64,000 nucleotides of DNA, taken from positions 1 through 64,000 of the forward strand of contig JAUCBJ010007336.1 in assembly GCA_032718475.1 (NCBI GenBank). The letters are read 5' to 3'. The translations under genes were made by a program, and so were the position numbers. Origin of the DNA: Nemertoderma westbladi (Eukaryota > Animalia > Xenacoelomorpha). A model generated the notes under the pieces. That model did not search any database. It saw nothing but the letters and a program-made list of their open reading frames with translations, and had not been told where the DNA came from. Below, one piece after another: positions 36,080-48,208 of the stretch. Position 1 is the stretch's first letter. The number at the start of each line of letters is the position of its first letter.

Positions 36080-36510
36080 GGCTACTGACCGGACCCATTG
36101 AACGGACCCTTTGACCGGACCCATTGACCGAACCCTCTAAATACCGTATCGAAGCTTTACATATATTATATATTTGATTTATATTTTACTTGTGTATTAT
36201 TGACCGGACCCTTATTACCTCTACTTGGTGACCGGAGCCATTGACCGGACCCTTATTACCTCTACTTTGTAACCTAACCCTAAATTATAGCTTTTTCTTT
36301 TTATGAACTGTTATAATCTGGGGTGAGTACAAAACAAAGACCCAATTAAGTGACCTGCATAATCTTGTAACCTTTCGTTTATTGTTTTGGTTCCCCCTGC
36401 TCTTTTACTAACCTGTTCCTTTAATGGCAATGGGTCCGGTCAATGGGTCCGGTCAACGGGTCCGGTCAACTGGTCCGGTCAATTGAGCAATGGGTCCGGT
36501 CAATATAGCC
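36080..36510. mobile_element. Non-autonomous inverted-repeat element (MITE- or HINE-like)
   Basis: Left end GGCTACTGACCGGACCCATTG; right end CAATGGGTCCGGTCAATATAGCC. Multiple subterminal TGACCGGACCC repeats in opposite orientation; internal TAACCTAACCCTAA. Confidence 0.7.
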
Positions 36511-37302
36511 TTTGCCAATATTAGTGGCAGTGCGCAGTGGCAAGGACAACATTAAATGGTATGCTATTCAAAATTGCATTGAAATACAATTTTTATATCC
36601 ATTCCCTCTTGTGCGCGATGATGGTATTATATTGAAAGCACTCTTCTACACAACGATCGAATTCATTTAGCATTGACGTGATATAACACAATTCTATCTC
36701 TCTCTTGTACTGCTTAATGGTTAGACTAGTTTTGATTGGATAGAAACTTTACAATAGATCTGGCCAGCTGTAGTTGTTGGGACGAAAGGGCCCACTGATT
36801 CTTTGTAATGGACGGGAACATTCTCTATCCTCTGTAAAGGGCATTAAGGGTTACCACCAGGACGGTATTTCTATATTGAAGAAGGTAATTACGATATTTT
36901 CATTTAAAGTTGTTAATATTTTATAGTATAGATTTTTTTTAGTATCACATTGCTATTTACGACTAATAATTTAGAACTTATTTGTAGCAATAGCCAATAG
37001 CCCTTCAGTGTTCAACAGTTATTTATTGTTACTATGGTGGCGGGAAAATAAACATAAAAATAAACGAATCAACTTGCCAAATAGATTATTTAATCTCCAG
37101 GCTCGAACCCTATGTAACTCAATGTTACATTGATACTATTACTAGTAATATTACACAGATAATAAGTTACCGTATCGGAACGGTATTTCTAATAATTTTA
37201 CACAAAGAGAGAAATGTGTTACAGATAGATTTAGTTAATTTACTGTTGAATTTGGGCACTTTAGTTAGGCTTGATACTTTCTGCTTTTATGATAGTATAA
37301 TT

Positions 37303-37452
37303 ATGGATGACACTGCTGCGTCTCAGAGTGACATTAGTTTCATTATCGAGGAACTACAATCTAAACTAGATGGGGCCGAACGTGAAACTCATAAACTCGT
37401 TGACTATCTTGGTTCCAACGTTGTCAAACATTCTGAGATTGTGTTACATAAG
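37303..37452 (+). CDS. Coding exon 1 of CCDC150-like gene
   Basis: ATG at 37303 (MDDTAASQSDISFIIEELQSKL...); donor AAG|GTTGGT at 37452/3 is phase 0 and compatible with the acceptor at 38170. Confidence 0.65.
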
Positions 37453-38170
37453 GTTGGTTTGCGTTTCATTTTAGCATCAACTAATATTTACTAACTCACT
37501 AGCCGAATAGTATAGCCTCTAAATAAATGGATATAGTTGAATTGGGTATCTAAATACAGTAGGCCTCAACCTAGGTGGGATCTATAAACCCCAGGGATGT
37601 AAAAAGACCCCTGGGATACCCGAGACCAATAACACCTAGTTTGCCAGATAGTAGGCCAAATAACAATGCGTTTTTTTTTAATCCGGCGAATTACTCCATG
37701 TTGAATTTGGTAAATGATATAAACTATTTTAACTAAACAATATTCCATTTCAGTATTTTTTACCATTATCATTATCAATTAAAACATTTAAAGTTTTCAT
37801 GAGGAGTGTAAATAAATAATTAAGCACAAAGCGACGAAACCTGAAAGATTAAGCAGAAACATCTTGTTTCATCTTGTTAGTGTTGTAGCTTCCCAAATTT
37901 AACAGTTTTTTTTTTATTTCTTTAAATTTGCTTCTTTTTATTAATTTGATTATATTTTCCTCTTTCGGGCTTCACTCAATTAGCAGCCTTCGGCTTGACC
38001 TCATGAAACTTCCTTCATTAGGGTTAAACATCCGATCAGCTGGTGGCTACTTGCATGCAACATTGGTCTCCAGTTGCTTTTTAGCTTTTTAGTTTCTGTG
38101 ATTATAAGTGATAAACTTTTCTACTTAATTTAAATATATCAACAATAACAATATTGCTTTGTTTATTTAG

Positions 38171-41100
38171 AGAGCCGATGCCACATTAAATATTCGCGAT
38201 TGTTATGAGTTGTTGGGGCAACGGATGACGTCATTGGAGGATATTATTCACAAATTAAAAGATTATATTATTGACAGAAGTGCCGTTAAAGATGAAAATG
38301 AAACTGCGAATACTAATAATGCGTTGGAAAAATTTGAAAAGGAACTCCAAAAAGTAATGATTGCAAATGAAGTTCTGATAACGGAAAATAAAAAACTTCG
38401 AACTTCATTGGAAATTACGCAATCAAATAAAAACGATATCTCCATTAAAGTTGATAACTTGAATTCTTCTAAACAACGCCTCTTGCGGCGTGTAGAGGAA
38501 CTCAAGAACGACGTCAATCGGGAGTGTGGTCTACGAGCTAGTCTGGAGCAATCGCAAGCGAGTATGATAGCGAGACTGGGCCAATTGGAAGAAGAATTAG
38601 CCAATCAGAGGGAGGAGGGTCAAACATATTTGTCGGAAGTGAATTCGTTGCGTAAGGAGGTGGTCCGGCTGAAAGAGTCGAACGCTGACGCTGTTGATGC
38701 AAAGAACAAAGCGGTTGAGTTCGTGAAAAAAGTACAAAATGAAGATAATTCTAAAGTTATCCAACTCTCCAGTTACAACAAAAAGTTGAAATCGCAAGAA
38801 AAAGTCGTTACAGAAATAAATGAAGAAAACATGGTTTTGAGAGACGGTGTGGAAAAATTACTTAAAGAGCACGAAGTTACAGAACAAGAATTAGATAGAC
38901 TTAGTAAAGAGAACGAAAATCTTCATAAGGCTCTTAAGAAGACTGCAGGAGAGACCGTGGAAGTCGAAGAAATGTTGAAACAGCGCGTTAAAGAGTTAGA
39001 GAATGAAGCTTCTAAGAGATTGTCAGCTGAAGATGAAATTAAAAACAAGTTTATGAAAATGATTAGCTGTGAGAGAGAAGAACAAGCACGCCTGAAGGAG
39101 AGGGTGATGGTGCTGCATAAAGAAATAGGAGATTTGCAGGAACGGGCTGAGAAAGGTGATGGGAAAATTAGAGAGCAGTTACATGATAAAGAAGCTCTGA
39201 TACTAGCAATGAAAAATGAGATTGCGTGTTTGCGAGAGGAAAGTGCAGGCGCCTTAAAGAATAAGGAGACACTGTTGGATGAAATCAATCAGGCAGTTGA
39301 TACAATGGCCAATGAGAAGAAACGATATGATGTGGATGTGGAGATGTTGAGGATGGAGTTAATGTCTTCTGTAGAAGAATCAGGGAAACTGGCCGAGGAG
39401 AATTTGCACCTCACAGAGAGAATAGCGACAATAGAGAAACAACAAGGGACTCATGAACAGATAGATGGGAGAATGGCTTCCTTGATTGAGAGCAAAAATA
39501 AGATGGTATTTGAGAAAGGGAAGCTGCAAGCCAAGATATCAACACTGCAAGAAGAAGTATTGAGTTTGGGGGATGTTCGATGTGATAATGATAATTTAAG
39601 GAAATGTAATATTTCTTTGGAAAATAAGGTGGCCAGACTGACAAATGATATTACTGCACTTCGTATTAATCTTCAGAAAAGCGATGCAAAAATAAAACAC
39701 CTTGAAAATGGCGCTGTTAGCCGTGAAAAAGAATTGGGTGTTGTTATTAGTAGTCGAGATGGTATCATAGAAGATAATCAGCGGTTAAAAGGGGAATTAG
39801 ATGTGTTAATTGATTCTGAGAAATCCAGAGACTCAATTAATAAAAGGTCGTTGGTTGATTCGAAACGTGATAATGAGCACCTCCAAGCCACTTTGAATGC
39901 GTTATTGAAAACTCAATGGGATTTGCAGCAGTCTTTGGAGATGGCTCACAGTAAGTTAGGCGAGAATGATGGTGAAATATCTTCTCTGAGGGAAAATAAA
40001 CTTAGTAATTCGAAGGAATTAAAACGTATTCGACGACTGAATGAAGAGTTGCAGTCGAGATTAATATCAGCTGACGAACACAGTGCCGATGAGTTAGGAC
40101 CCTTAAGGGACACCATGGAGGAAGTGCAGAATGATAATAAACGGTTGCATGAACAGCTCGAACGAGTTGTTAATAGTAACGGCCAATTAGAAGCTCGCAT
40201 TGAGCATCTACAAGACGACTTGATGAGATCCAATGAGGAGAGTTGCCAATTGCGCGGCGCTCAGTCGCAGACACAGGCTCTGGTTAAAGAAACTCAAAAT
40301 GTTTACGAAGAACGACTGGGTGAAGTGAGAGAAAACGTGGCTCGCGAAAAAGAGATGGAGGTTAAAAGGTTAAGTAGGGAATTAAGGGATTCAAAAAGAA
40401 AATCTGAAGAAAACGCTAATAAATTATCGAAATTATCATTTTCCAATCAGGAGCTTCGAAAACAAATGGAAGTAATGAAACAGGAATCAAGTCGAATGGT
40501 GGAGAAAGTTCGTAGTCAGAAAAATCTTATTGATCATTTCCATAGAAACAGAAAGAATCAGCAGGAGCAACAGCAACATTTGAAATCCGTTCAAAATGAA
40601 CTAAAACAATTAGAGATTAAAAAGCAGGAATATCTTACAAGAACAAATTCTCAAGAAAAGGTGATTAATAGTTTTTTGGAGCAGTTGAAATATTTAGAGA
40701 ATCAGATTTCTGAGATGAGTTTAATGAATGAGCGAACAGTGGATGTATGTGAGAGGCAAGCATCGGAGTTAAAATCGGATCGAAGGAAAAACGAGTTATT
40801 AATAAGAAAATGCGACACTTTAGCGCGGGAAAATTCAAACTTGTTAGAAACAATTCGATGTAATAGGGAATTTAAAAATACTGTGAATTCTATAACTGCA
40901 GAGGATAACACATTGTATATAAAACCAAACGAAACTGTGCATTCTAGAACACATGTTAACCAACCAATATCTCACAATTCCAAACAATGTCGCCATTTCC
41001 ATGGAAATGAAATGGCAAAATCGAATCTAGATGGGGAAAGGCAGACAATAAGAGACCAACAAAGGACAGCATGGTTAGACGATATCATATACCAACCTAA

Positions 41101-41317
41101 AGTAGCCAATCAGCCCTTTGCTAGAGTGGAATGCAGTGAGGCAGAAGACCCAGAGAGGGATGTGGCCTCCCCTGTAATTGAGGACTCCATAACCGATAAA
41201 CTGAAACAGGCCGAAGAGATGATACACCTCAGTCAGCGCACAATGAAACATCTCACTGATAAAATAACAAAGTTAAATGCAAATACATTATCTGAAGGGA
41301 CTAATATAGAATATTAA
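38171..41317 (+). CDS. CCDC150: Long coiled-coil protein, CCDC150-like, exon 2 (~1098 aa with exon 1)
   Basis: Acceptor TTTGTTTATTTAG at 38170 is in frame with the 1035-aa ORF; heptad E/K/L pattern throughout. Segments CYELLGQRMTSLEDII and SKNKMVFEKGKLQAKISTLQEEV resemble CCDC150 as I recall it (no search run). Confidence 0.7.
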   Translation, partial: RADATLNIRDCYELLGQRMTSLEDIIHKLKDYIIDRSAVKDENETANTNNALEKFEKELQKVMIANEVLITENKKLRTSLEITQSNKNDISIKVDNLNSSKQRLLRRVEELKNDVNRECGLRASLEQSQASMIARLGQLEEELANQREEGQTYLSEVNSLRKEVVRLKESNADAVDAKNKAVEFVKKVQNEDNSKVIQLSSYNKKLKSQEKVVTEINEENMVLRDGVEKLLKEHEVTEQELDRLSKENENLHKALKKTAGETVEVEEMLKQRVKELENEASKRLSAEDEIKNKFMKMISCEREEQARLKERVMVLHKEIGDLQERAEKGDGKIREQLHDKEALILAMKNEIACLREESAGALKNKETLLDEINQAVDTMANEKKRYDVDVEMLRMELMSSVEESGKLAEENLHLTERIATIEKQQGTHEQIDGRMASLIESKNKMVFEKGKLQAKISTLQEEVLSLGDVRCDNDNLRKCNISLENKVARLTNDITALRINLQKSDAKIKHLENGAVSREKELGVVISSRDGIIEDNQRLKGELDVLIDSEKSRDSINKRSLVDSKRDNEHLQATLNALLKTQWDLQQSLEMAHSKLGENDGEISSLRENKLSNSKELKRIRRLNEELQSRLISADEHSADELGPLRDTMEEVQNDNKRLHEQLERVVNSNGQLEARIEHLQDDLMRSNEESCQLRGAQSQTQALVKETQNVYEERLGEVRENVAREKEMEVKRLSRELRDSKRKSEENANKLSKLSFSNQELRKQMEVMKQESSRMVEKVRSQKNLIDHFHRNRKNQQEQQQHLKSVQNELKQLEIKKQEYLTRTNSQEKVINSFLEQLKYLENQISEMSLMNERTVDVCERQASELKSDRRKNELLIRKCDTLARENSNLLETIRCNREFKNTVNSITAEDNTLYIKPNETVHSRTHVNQPISHNSKQCRHFHGNEMAKSNLDGERQTIRDQQRTAWLDDIIYQPKVANQPFARVECSEAEDPERDVASPVIEDSITDKLKQAEEMIHLSQRTMKHLTDKITKLNANTLSEGTNIEY

Positions 41318-42363
41318 TTTGTCAGGTTATTTATTGTATGTATTTTAGTTAATTATTCATTGTTACAATTATTACAATTTAGTTTTTTCCTTATTACAAG
41401 TAGTTATATATTGTATTATTATTATCAGGGCACACCTCAATTTCTTATTTATACAAGTTGTCAGCCAACACTCTATCCCATATTTAAGTTAAGTAATTTG
41501 TTAAAATACAAGGGTGTCTATACAACCCTATTTAAGGCTTTTACAGTAATAATGTGAATCCGCGAAAAGTTACTATTCAATAAATCTGAAGTTAAGTGAG
41601 ATGAATTGAACAATATCATTTTTGTACAATTAGCATAATAGAGAGCAAAAATAATGGCCGGCAGCGCTTATATTATCAAATTGGTTTGTATAGCTGCGTA
41701 AATTTCTGATTTTAGTCGCAGTGACGCGTACTACAGTGGAATAAACGCCTTACAGACAAGTAACAATCCAATTAGCAATTGATAAACTGATTATACCAAG
41801 CTGATAAAATAATAGTTTATTATTACGGGGATAGATAGTAATAAAGTACAATTTGTTTTCCGGTTCGGTTACACGCTGTAATTCCATTCAAATGCATTGG
41901 GACATGTCCCACTTGTAACTTGAATTATTGGAAAAATATTCCTATTTTGTAGTTACAGGCATGGGACAATTGGTTACAGGTGGGACAGACACAAGTATCG
42001 CATCCTGGACTACTACTAGTTATCCAAACTTCGATACTATGTGCAGTGAATTCTACACACTCTAAGTATTCAGAATTTATATTGGTTATTAGGGTTTTCG
42101 AAAAAAAAGATTTGTAAAAAATCACCTAATTTTTGCTACTTTTTTGAATTTCGGGCCACCAACATACGGAGGGACCTTGTAGTGTATAATGTAATAGCCC
42201 CCGTTAGAGACATGGAGAAACCTGACCCAAGTCCCATCTCGGCGAATTAATATCTTGTCTCATTGATAAATTATCAATTTAGGGGAAAGGAGCGGGTTTC
42301 AGTGGCACGTTATTCTAACCAAAACAATGAACTAAAGTCAAATCTATTTATTTTTGGGAGTAA

Positions 42364-43419
<1,056 letters not shown>

Positions 43420-44470
43420 TAATTTAGCTCAAAGAGATGTTTACAAAACCAAAACCAAGCTGACACCAAACAATAATTAATACATTACGAAGCACAAAAA
43501 ACAATAAAGAGACAAAAAAAACACTGCAACGAGCAAGCATTGAGCACAAAATACAATTAAATAGATTTAGCTGTTCAAAATAGCTTATGTCATTGATACC
43601 TAAATGATAATATATTAATTGGAACAAAAAAACACAATATTAAGTCAATTTAGCAGCTTCACAAGAAATATAACCAAGTAAAAAAATATCCCTAAAAACG
43701 TGATTGTTTTTCTAATCCTTGTAAGTTACCAATAATAACAAAAATACATTTTTTAATATTGAACAGATAACACAATTAATACAACGAACCTCACATACAT
43801 TTAGCAACACCAATAATAAGTACAATAATAATGGAGTTTTATATCAATTTAAAAACAACACAATTCAATATACCCATACCGTAACACCTGTAAAATAAAA
43901 CGACCAACAATTATTACACCGGAGGTATTTATTTGCCGCAAATATTAACGGCAACGGGAAATAAACTAAGCAAAAATAATATTTAACTGAAAATAAAATA
44001 ATAAATAATTTAAATTGGTTGTAAACTGAAGTTACCAATTGTTATTACATAAAGATCTGGTGGATATTCTAGAATTTCTGTTGTGAAAAATACAGGCGGG
44101 CAAATAAATAGATGATGGATATTAAATTAATTATTAATAAATATCCTGTAGAAAGAAAATAAATAAAAAAAAAGAATATAAATTTATATTTGTTTTACAG
44201 GTTTAACTAATTAACTAACTCTTGGTCAATAAGTCGTTACAATATATATATTTTTTAACAACACAATCTGCCACCAAACATACTGAAAGTGAAAGTAATT
44301 TAGAAGTTTTAAGGTGGGAAATCTTCGTTGGCATTTGTAGGTGGAGGATGTCTGGCCTTATAAATTATTTATGTAAATATTTACAGATTAACCGGAAGTA
44401 GTTTAATTATTACCTGTTAGTATGAAGTTCAATCGAACTGGAATGTTTCAACGATTGGGGTATCCTACTT

Positions 44471-46130
44471 GGGAAGGGAGGTGCCGGTATTGGAAGGGAG
44501 GTGCCGGTATTGGAAGGGTGGTGTCGGTATTGGAAGGGATGTGTCGGTATTGGAAGGGAGGTGCCGGTATTAGAAGGGAGGTGTCGGTATTGGAAGGGAG
44601 GTGTCGGTATTGGAAGGGAGGTGCCGGTATTGGAAGGGAGGTGCCGGTATTAGAAGGGAGGTGTCGGTATTGGAAGGGAGGTGTCGGTATTGGAAGGGAG
44701 GTGCCGGTATTGGAAGGGAGGTGCCGGTATTGGAAGGGATGTGTCGGTATTGGAAGGGAGGTGCCGGTATTGGAAGGGAGGTGCCGGTATTGGAAGGGGG
44801 GTGCCGGTATTGGAAGGGAGGTGTCGGTATTGGAAGGGAGGTGCCGCTATTGGAAGGGAGGTGCCGGTATTGGAAGGGAGGTGCCGGTATTAGAAGGGAG
44901 GTGTCGGTATTGGAAGGGAGGTGTCGGTATTGGAAGGGAGGTGCCGGTATTGGAAGGGAGGTGCCGGTATTGGAAGGGAGGTGCCGGTATTGGAAGGGAG
45001 GTGCCGGTATTAGAAGGGAGGTGCCGGTATTGGAAGGGAGGTGCCGGTATTGGAAGGGGGGTGCCGGTATTGGAAGGGAGGTGTCGGTATTGGAAGGGAG
45101 GTGCCGCTATTGGAAGGGAGGTGCCGGTATTAGAAGGGAGGTGCCGGTATTGGAAGGGAGGTGCCGGTATTGGAAGGGAGGTGCCGGTATTAGAAGGGAG
45201 GTGCCGGTATTGGAAGGGAGGTGCCGGTATTGGAAGGGAGGTGCCGGTATTAGAAGGGAGGTGCCGGTATTGGAAGGGAGGTGCCGGTATTGGAAGGGAG
45301 GTGCCGGTATTGGAAGGGAGGTGCCGGTATTAGAAGGGAGGTGCCGGTATTAGAAGGGAGGTGCCGGTATTGGAAGGGAGGTGCCGGTATTGGAAGGGAG
45401 GTGCCGGTATTAGAAGGGAGGTGTCGGTATTGGAAGGGAGGTGTCGGTATTGGAAGGGAGGTGCCGGTATTGGAAGGGAGGTGCCGGTATTGGAAGGGAG
45501 GTGCCGGTATTGGAAGGGAGGTGCCGGTATTAGAAGGGAGGTGCCGGTATTGGAAGGGAGGTGCCGGTATTGGAAGGGGGGTGCCGGTATTGGAAGGGAG
45601 GTGTCGGTATTGGAAGGGAGGTGCCGCTATTGGAAGGGAGGTGCCGGTATTAGAAGGGAGGTGCCGGTATTGGAAGGGAGGTGCCGGTATTAGAAGGGAG
45701 GTGCCGGTATTAGAAGGGAGGTGCCGGTATTAGAAGGGAGGTGCCGGTATTGGAAGGGAGGTGCCGGTATTGGAAGGGAGGTGCCGGTATTGGAAGGGAG
45801 GTGCCGCTATTGGAAGGGAGGTGCCGGTATTCGAAGGAAGGTGCCGGTATTAGAAGGGAGGTGCCGGTATTGGAAGGGAGGTGCCGGTATTGGAAGGGAG
45901 GTGCCGGTATTGGAAGGGAGGTGCCGGTATTGGAAGGGAGGTGCCGGTATTGGAAGGGGGGTGCCGGTATTGGAAGGGATGTGCCGGTATTGGAAGGGAG
46001 GTGCCGGTATTGGAAGGGAGGTGCCGGTATTGGAAGGGAGGTGTCGGTATTGGAAGGGAGGTGCCGGTATTGGAAGGGAGGTGTCGGTATTGGAAGGGAG
46101 GTGTCGGTATTGGAAGGGAGGTGCCGGTAT
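44471..46130. repeat. 20-bp minisatellite (GTGCCGGTATTGGAAGGGAG), ~83 copies
   Basis: Perfect 20-bp register with only point variants. Confidence 0.98.
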
Positions 46131-46479
46131 TTATTAACTAAAAATATAATTATAATCTAGTTAAATAGGTTCTGGATTTGGACTGGACAAAGTCCTGTTT
46201 ATATTAAATATTTAGTTAAAGTATAATAAAATATTCTATAACTAAATTATTATTTTTATGGAAAACAACAATTATTATACCACTGAAATATTAATTATTT
46301 TTTGTGAATAAATTATTGTAAATCGATTTATTTATATATTTTTTAATACGAAAATATTTATAAGTTTTATTATATTATTTGGCTTAGTTTCCCGGGAAAT
46401 AATATTATATACCCGGATTATCGAATCAAAACAAACAACTATAATATTGGCACCGAATTAAACCGCTAAACAATTGGAA

Positions 46480-47934
46480 TCAAAAGAACTTTTTATTAGA
46501 AATATCTTTGCTGGTTTTATAGACGTAGAAAGCGATAAAACCGGAGAGTTGGAGGACGATGAAAAGGATGAAATAAAACTGAGACAGACAGTCGGGAGGG
46601 TCTGAGACCGGGCAGCGAGGGGCCGGCTTGTTAACCAGTCTGGAGACCTCCTGTCTCAGTTGCGAGATCCAATCCCTGAGCTCGGCGTCCGGAGCCGTCC
46701 CGGACGCCGGACGCTCGGTGACCGAACGCTGTTGGACGTCCCGGATGTTATTGGATTTCGTTTGGACGTCCAGAACGACGGATCTAATCTCCTTGACCCA
46801 CTGGACCAGGTCGTTCTGATTACGGAGCACCGCCTCCACCTCGTGGCGTTGTATCCCGGACACACCGCCGGACACCTCCAGTAACCGAGCCTGCTGCCCC
46901 CGGATGGCGTCCAGCTTCTCTCCGACCTCGGAAATCGACCCGAACAACCGCGATTGCCCGTTAAAGATCTGACCGAGTTGCCTCTCCGTCCGATCTTCGA
47001 ACTCTCCTTCATCTTCCCGGAAACGTTCCGGATTTTTCTCTCGGAATTCGTCTTTCTGTTTCTGCAACTTCTCTTGGTAACCTTCGAATTCCTCCTGGTA
47101 TTTTTTCTCTTCGCGCTCTGTAATATCTTCGGATCCTTTATTAGGAGGTTTATAATCCGCGGATTTAATTAAACTCGTCGTTAAGAATGAGAAAACATCG
47201 TGATCGTCTGCTAAACCGCCGGTAGCCGCGGAAATACCGAAATATCCGTCGCTCGGAAGTTGGACTTCCTTTACTCGGAAGCACAACTCCCAATGCGGGG
47301 GCCCGTCGGACAACCCGTTGTGGGACCAAACCGAAAGGAAGTTGTCGAGGTACTCGACTCGGAGTTTAACCGGATACGGTTTGTTCCGGTAATCTACCGT
47401 GCAGGGCCCTCCTGTGAGGGAAGCGGAGCCGTCCGTAGCGGAATCGTATAGGCGCGTGCCGTCGTTAACGATCGCGAGAATACTGGGGTTGTTACCCCGG
47501 CGGTCGTTATCGTACGAGTCCATAAAGACGGCGAGGCCGCGCCATTTATCGGAGGATCCGAATACAGGGCCTTCCGTTCCCGGGGACGCGGTGTACCACA
47601 GCGCGAGTCCATCCGCCCCGATCCGCCCCCGGCCGCTCACCCGGAAGGCGAGTTCAACCTCCCACCACGCGGATATATTGTAGGGGTTTTTGTTCCAGAC
47701 GAATCCGCGCTGTGAGCGCAGACTCGGGGCCACACGTATGGATTCCGAGGTGGGTATCGCGTGGCCCCCGTGCGTCCAGAAAGGAATTTTATTGTCTTTT
47801 AGGATCAGGTTGGGGCCCTTAAAGCTGAATTTGTATTCGAAACGTCTGTGAACGTCCTGAACATTGACAGCGCTCAAGGCGGGGAATATTAAATTAATAA
47901 ACGGCAGAAGATAAATAAAAGAAGGTAGATACAT
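46480..47934 (-). CDS. LMAN1: ERGIC-53 / mannose-binding lectin 1 (L-type lectin cargo receptor), intronless CDS, 484 aa
   Basis: Signal peptide; HRRFEYKFSFKGP, GRGRIGADGLA and GYFGISAATGGLADDHDV lectin motifs; coiled coil; two juxtamembrane Cys; TM helix; C-terminal KKFF. First ATG at 47934. Confidence 0.96.
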   Translation of the reverse strand: MYLPSFIYLLPFINLIFPALSAVNVQDVHRRFEYKFSFKGPNLILKDNKIPFWTHGGHAIPTSESIRVAPSLRSQRGFVWNKNPYNISAWWEVELAFRVSGRGRIGADGLALWYTASPGTEGPVFGSSDKWRGLAVFMDSYDNDRRGNNPSILAIVNDGTRLYDSATDGSASLTGGPCTVDYRNKPYPVKLRVEYLDNFLSVWSHNGLSDGPPHWELCFRVKEVQLPSDGYFGISAATGGLADDHDVFSFLTTSLIKSADYKPPNKGSEDITEREEKKYQEEFEGYQEKLQKQKDEFREKNPERFREDEGEFEDRTERQLGQIFNGQSRLFGSISEVGEKLDAIRGQQARLLEVSGGVSGIQRHEVEAVLRNQNDLVQWVKEIRSVVLDVQTKSNNIRDVQQRSVTERPASGTAPDAELRDWISQLRQEVSRLVNKPAPRCPVSDPPDCLSQFYFILFIVLQLSGFIAFYVYKTSKDISNKKFF

Positions 47935-48208
47935 CGCGTAACTCAGTATTTCCAATTTCTGTAGGCCTATACCAGTACCGGTATACTGCTACAGTGCTCT
48001 ATCAGTCTATGCCTGTATGCTGCTGTGTGCTGGTATGTAGGCCTACACAGCTACAGTCTTACCGTACCGGTACGTGTCTGAAGTCTGGCAGTCAGGTTTT
48101 AGGCCTGTCTGCCTGTACAGCAGTAGGCAGGGAAGAGGGGACTGCTGGCAGCTAGAGCAATACTGCAATAGGCAAGTTGAGTTGAGTGTTGAGTCTGCTC
48201 TTCTCAGC

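Noticed and set aside
37790-38012. Short inverted repeat (TTTCATGAGG...CCTCATGAAA) in the CCDC150-like intron
   Set aside because: Only ~10-13 bp, single copy and no TSD; insufficient to call a MITE.
44422-46160. Many repetitive ORFs; superficial CRISPR-like array
   Set aside because: Head-to-tail 20-bp units with no unique spacers and no cas genes, in a eukaryotic context.
46628-47683. Overlapping ORFs within LMAN1
   Set aside because: Shadow ORFs caused by the high GC content of the real CDS.
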